In this document: positions 63,001-64,000 of the stretch, piece by piece | Position numbering within the stretch: position 1 is the stretch's first letter | Layout: every line of letters begins with the position of its first letter | Assembly (NCBI RefSeq): GCF_035594765.1 | Contig: NC_085844.1 | Span: 226,192,107 to 226,256,106, forward strand | DNA: 64,000 nt | From: Anolis carolinensis | Lineage: Eukaryota | Reading direction: 5' to 3' | The notes under the pieces: model-generated | Seen by the model: the letters and a program-made list of their open reading frames with translations, nothing else | The model's database searches: none | Told to the model about the DNA's origin: nothing | Program-made: the position numbers and the translations under genes

Positions 63001-64000
63001 GGAATACTTCTGGAACATGGCCATACAGCCCGGAAAACACACAACAACCCATTATGTTAATTATGTGGTAATGTTCCTTTTTTTACAGTAGGTCTGACAT
63101 TAACTTTACCATTTCTTTTACACTGATCCAACAAAAGCACTCAAAGTTTTATGGGATGGAATCGGTAGCCTAATCTTGGAAAAAAGTGGTGGAGTGGAAT
63201 CTAAAGCCACCAAGAGTTTCTGTAAAAGATTAGAAGGCCAGTGGCATTCTTGTAAATCAGGAATGAAGAGCGTGCGGCCCTCCAAATGCTGTTGAGCATT
63301 GATGTCCAATAATCCCAGCTGATTTCACGTATGATAAAAGATGCAGTGAACAATAGTTCACCAATAACTGCACTGTCACATTTTCCCTGTTCCTTTGCAG
63401 ACTAAGAGCTTACCTGTTAGCTTGTAGATCAGGACAACAAAAGTCCAATTCTGGGAATTCATGTGACTTTTCAAGTCTTTTTGGAGCCTCAAATCTTCCA
63501 GTTTCCCTGACCTTTTGGCCACTTCTGGGTTGGTTTGTGTTTTTCCTTCTCCCCTCCCTCCTCCTCCTCCCAATCTGAGATATCTCAAGACCATATTTTC
63601 TTCATCTCCAGGCTTACCAAAGTTACCCACCAATACTGAAAACTCATAGCATGTTTGTTTACTGTAAGTAAAACTGATCAGAGTCAATATGATATAGTGG
63701 TTCACATTCTGGACTAAGACTACAGGTTCAAATCCTTCCTCAGCCATAGAAACCTGTTGGGTGATAGACTTGCTGCCTAAGAGGAAGGCACTGACAAACC
63801 TCAAAATAAATCTTACCCCAAAAAAAGCCTGTGAAAGAGTTGCTATTTGTCAAAATTGAGATGAAGGCACATAATGAAATTAAAACTCTATCGAGCTCTG
63901 CTGAAAGTGATGCAGGTGGTACTGAATTTAGACTCATACCTGTACACTGCATTTGCTCTTGAAATCAGGCCCCAAACTGGACCGTTTTGTATGTGACACC

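Noticed and set aside
63100-64000. Expected GDAP1L1 last exon (syntenic neighbour)
   Set aside because: No matching coding sequence seen; the ORF at 63376-63804 overlaps a SINE-like repeat.

Overview
Eukaryotic, repeat-rich squamate reptile DNA. The repeat content (Sauria SINEs, RTE-BovB, R4/Dong, Penelope, Helitron and hAT MITEs) points to a lizard, most likely Anolis; this is inference. Three syntenic genes can be read directly. (1) The distal P2 promoter and first coding exon (exon 1D) of HNF4A, minus strand, about 9.8-10.0 kb; it is absent from the ORF track. (2) A complete 5-exon R3HDML CDS, minus strand, 13106-22778, 253 aa, CAP/CRISP family. (3) A complete 2-exon FITM2 CDS, plus strand, 54198-58931, 263 aa, with a CpG-island promoter. 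The most unusual object is a young, rearranged BEL/Pao LTR retrotransposon (32258-36399, 5-bp TSD CCCGT). It has an open 670-aa gag, no pol, and a gag segment copied into its 5' LTR. It lacks a tRNA primer-binding site; the bases abutting the LTR are instead complementary to a sequence inside its own LTR, a Tf1-like self-priming geometry. Also present are minimal hammerhead ribozymes in Penelope pLTR copies and a precise 5' half of initiator tRNA-Met. TE family names are from recalled consensus features, not from database searches.
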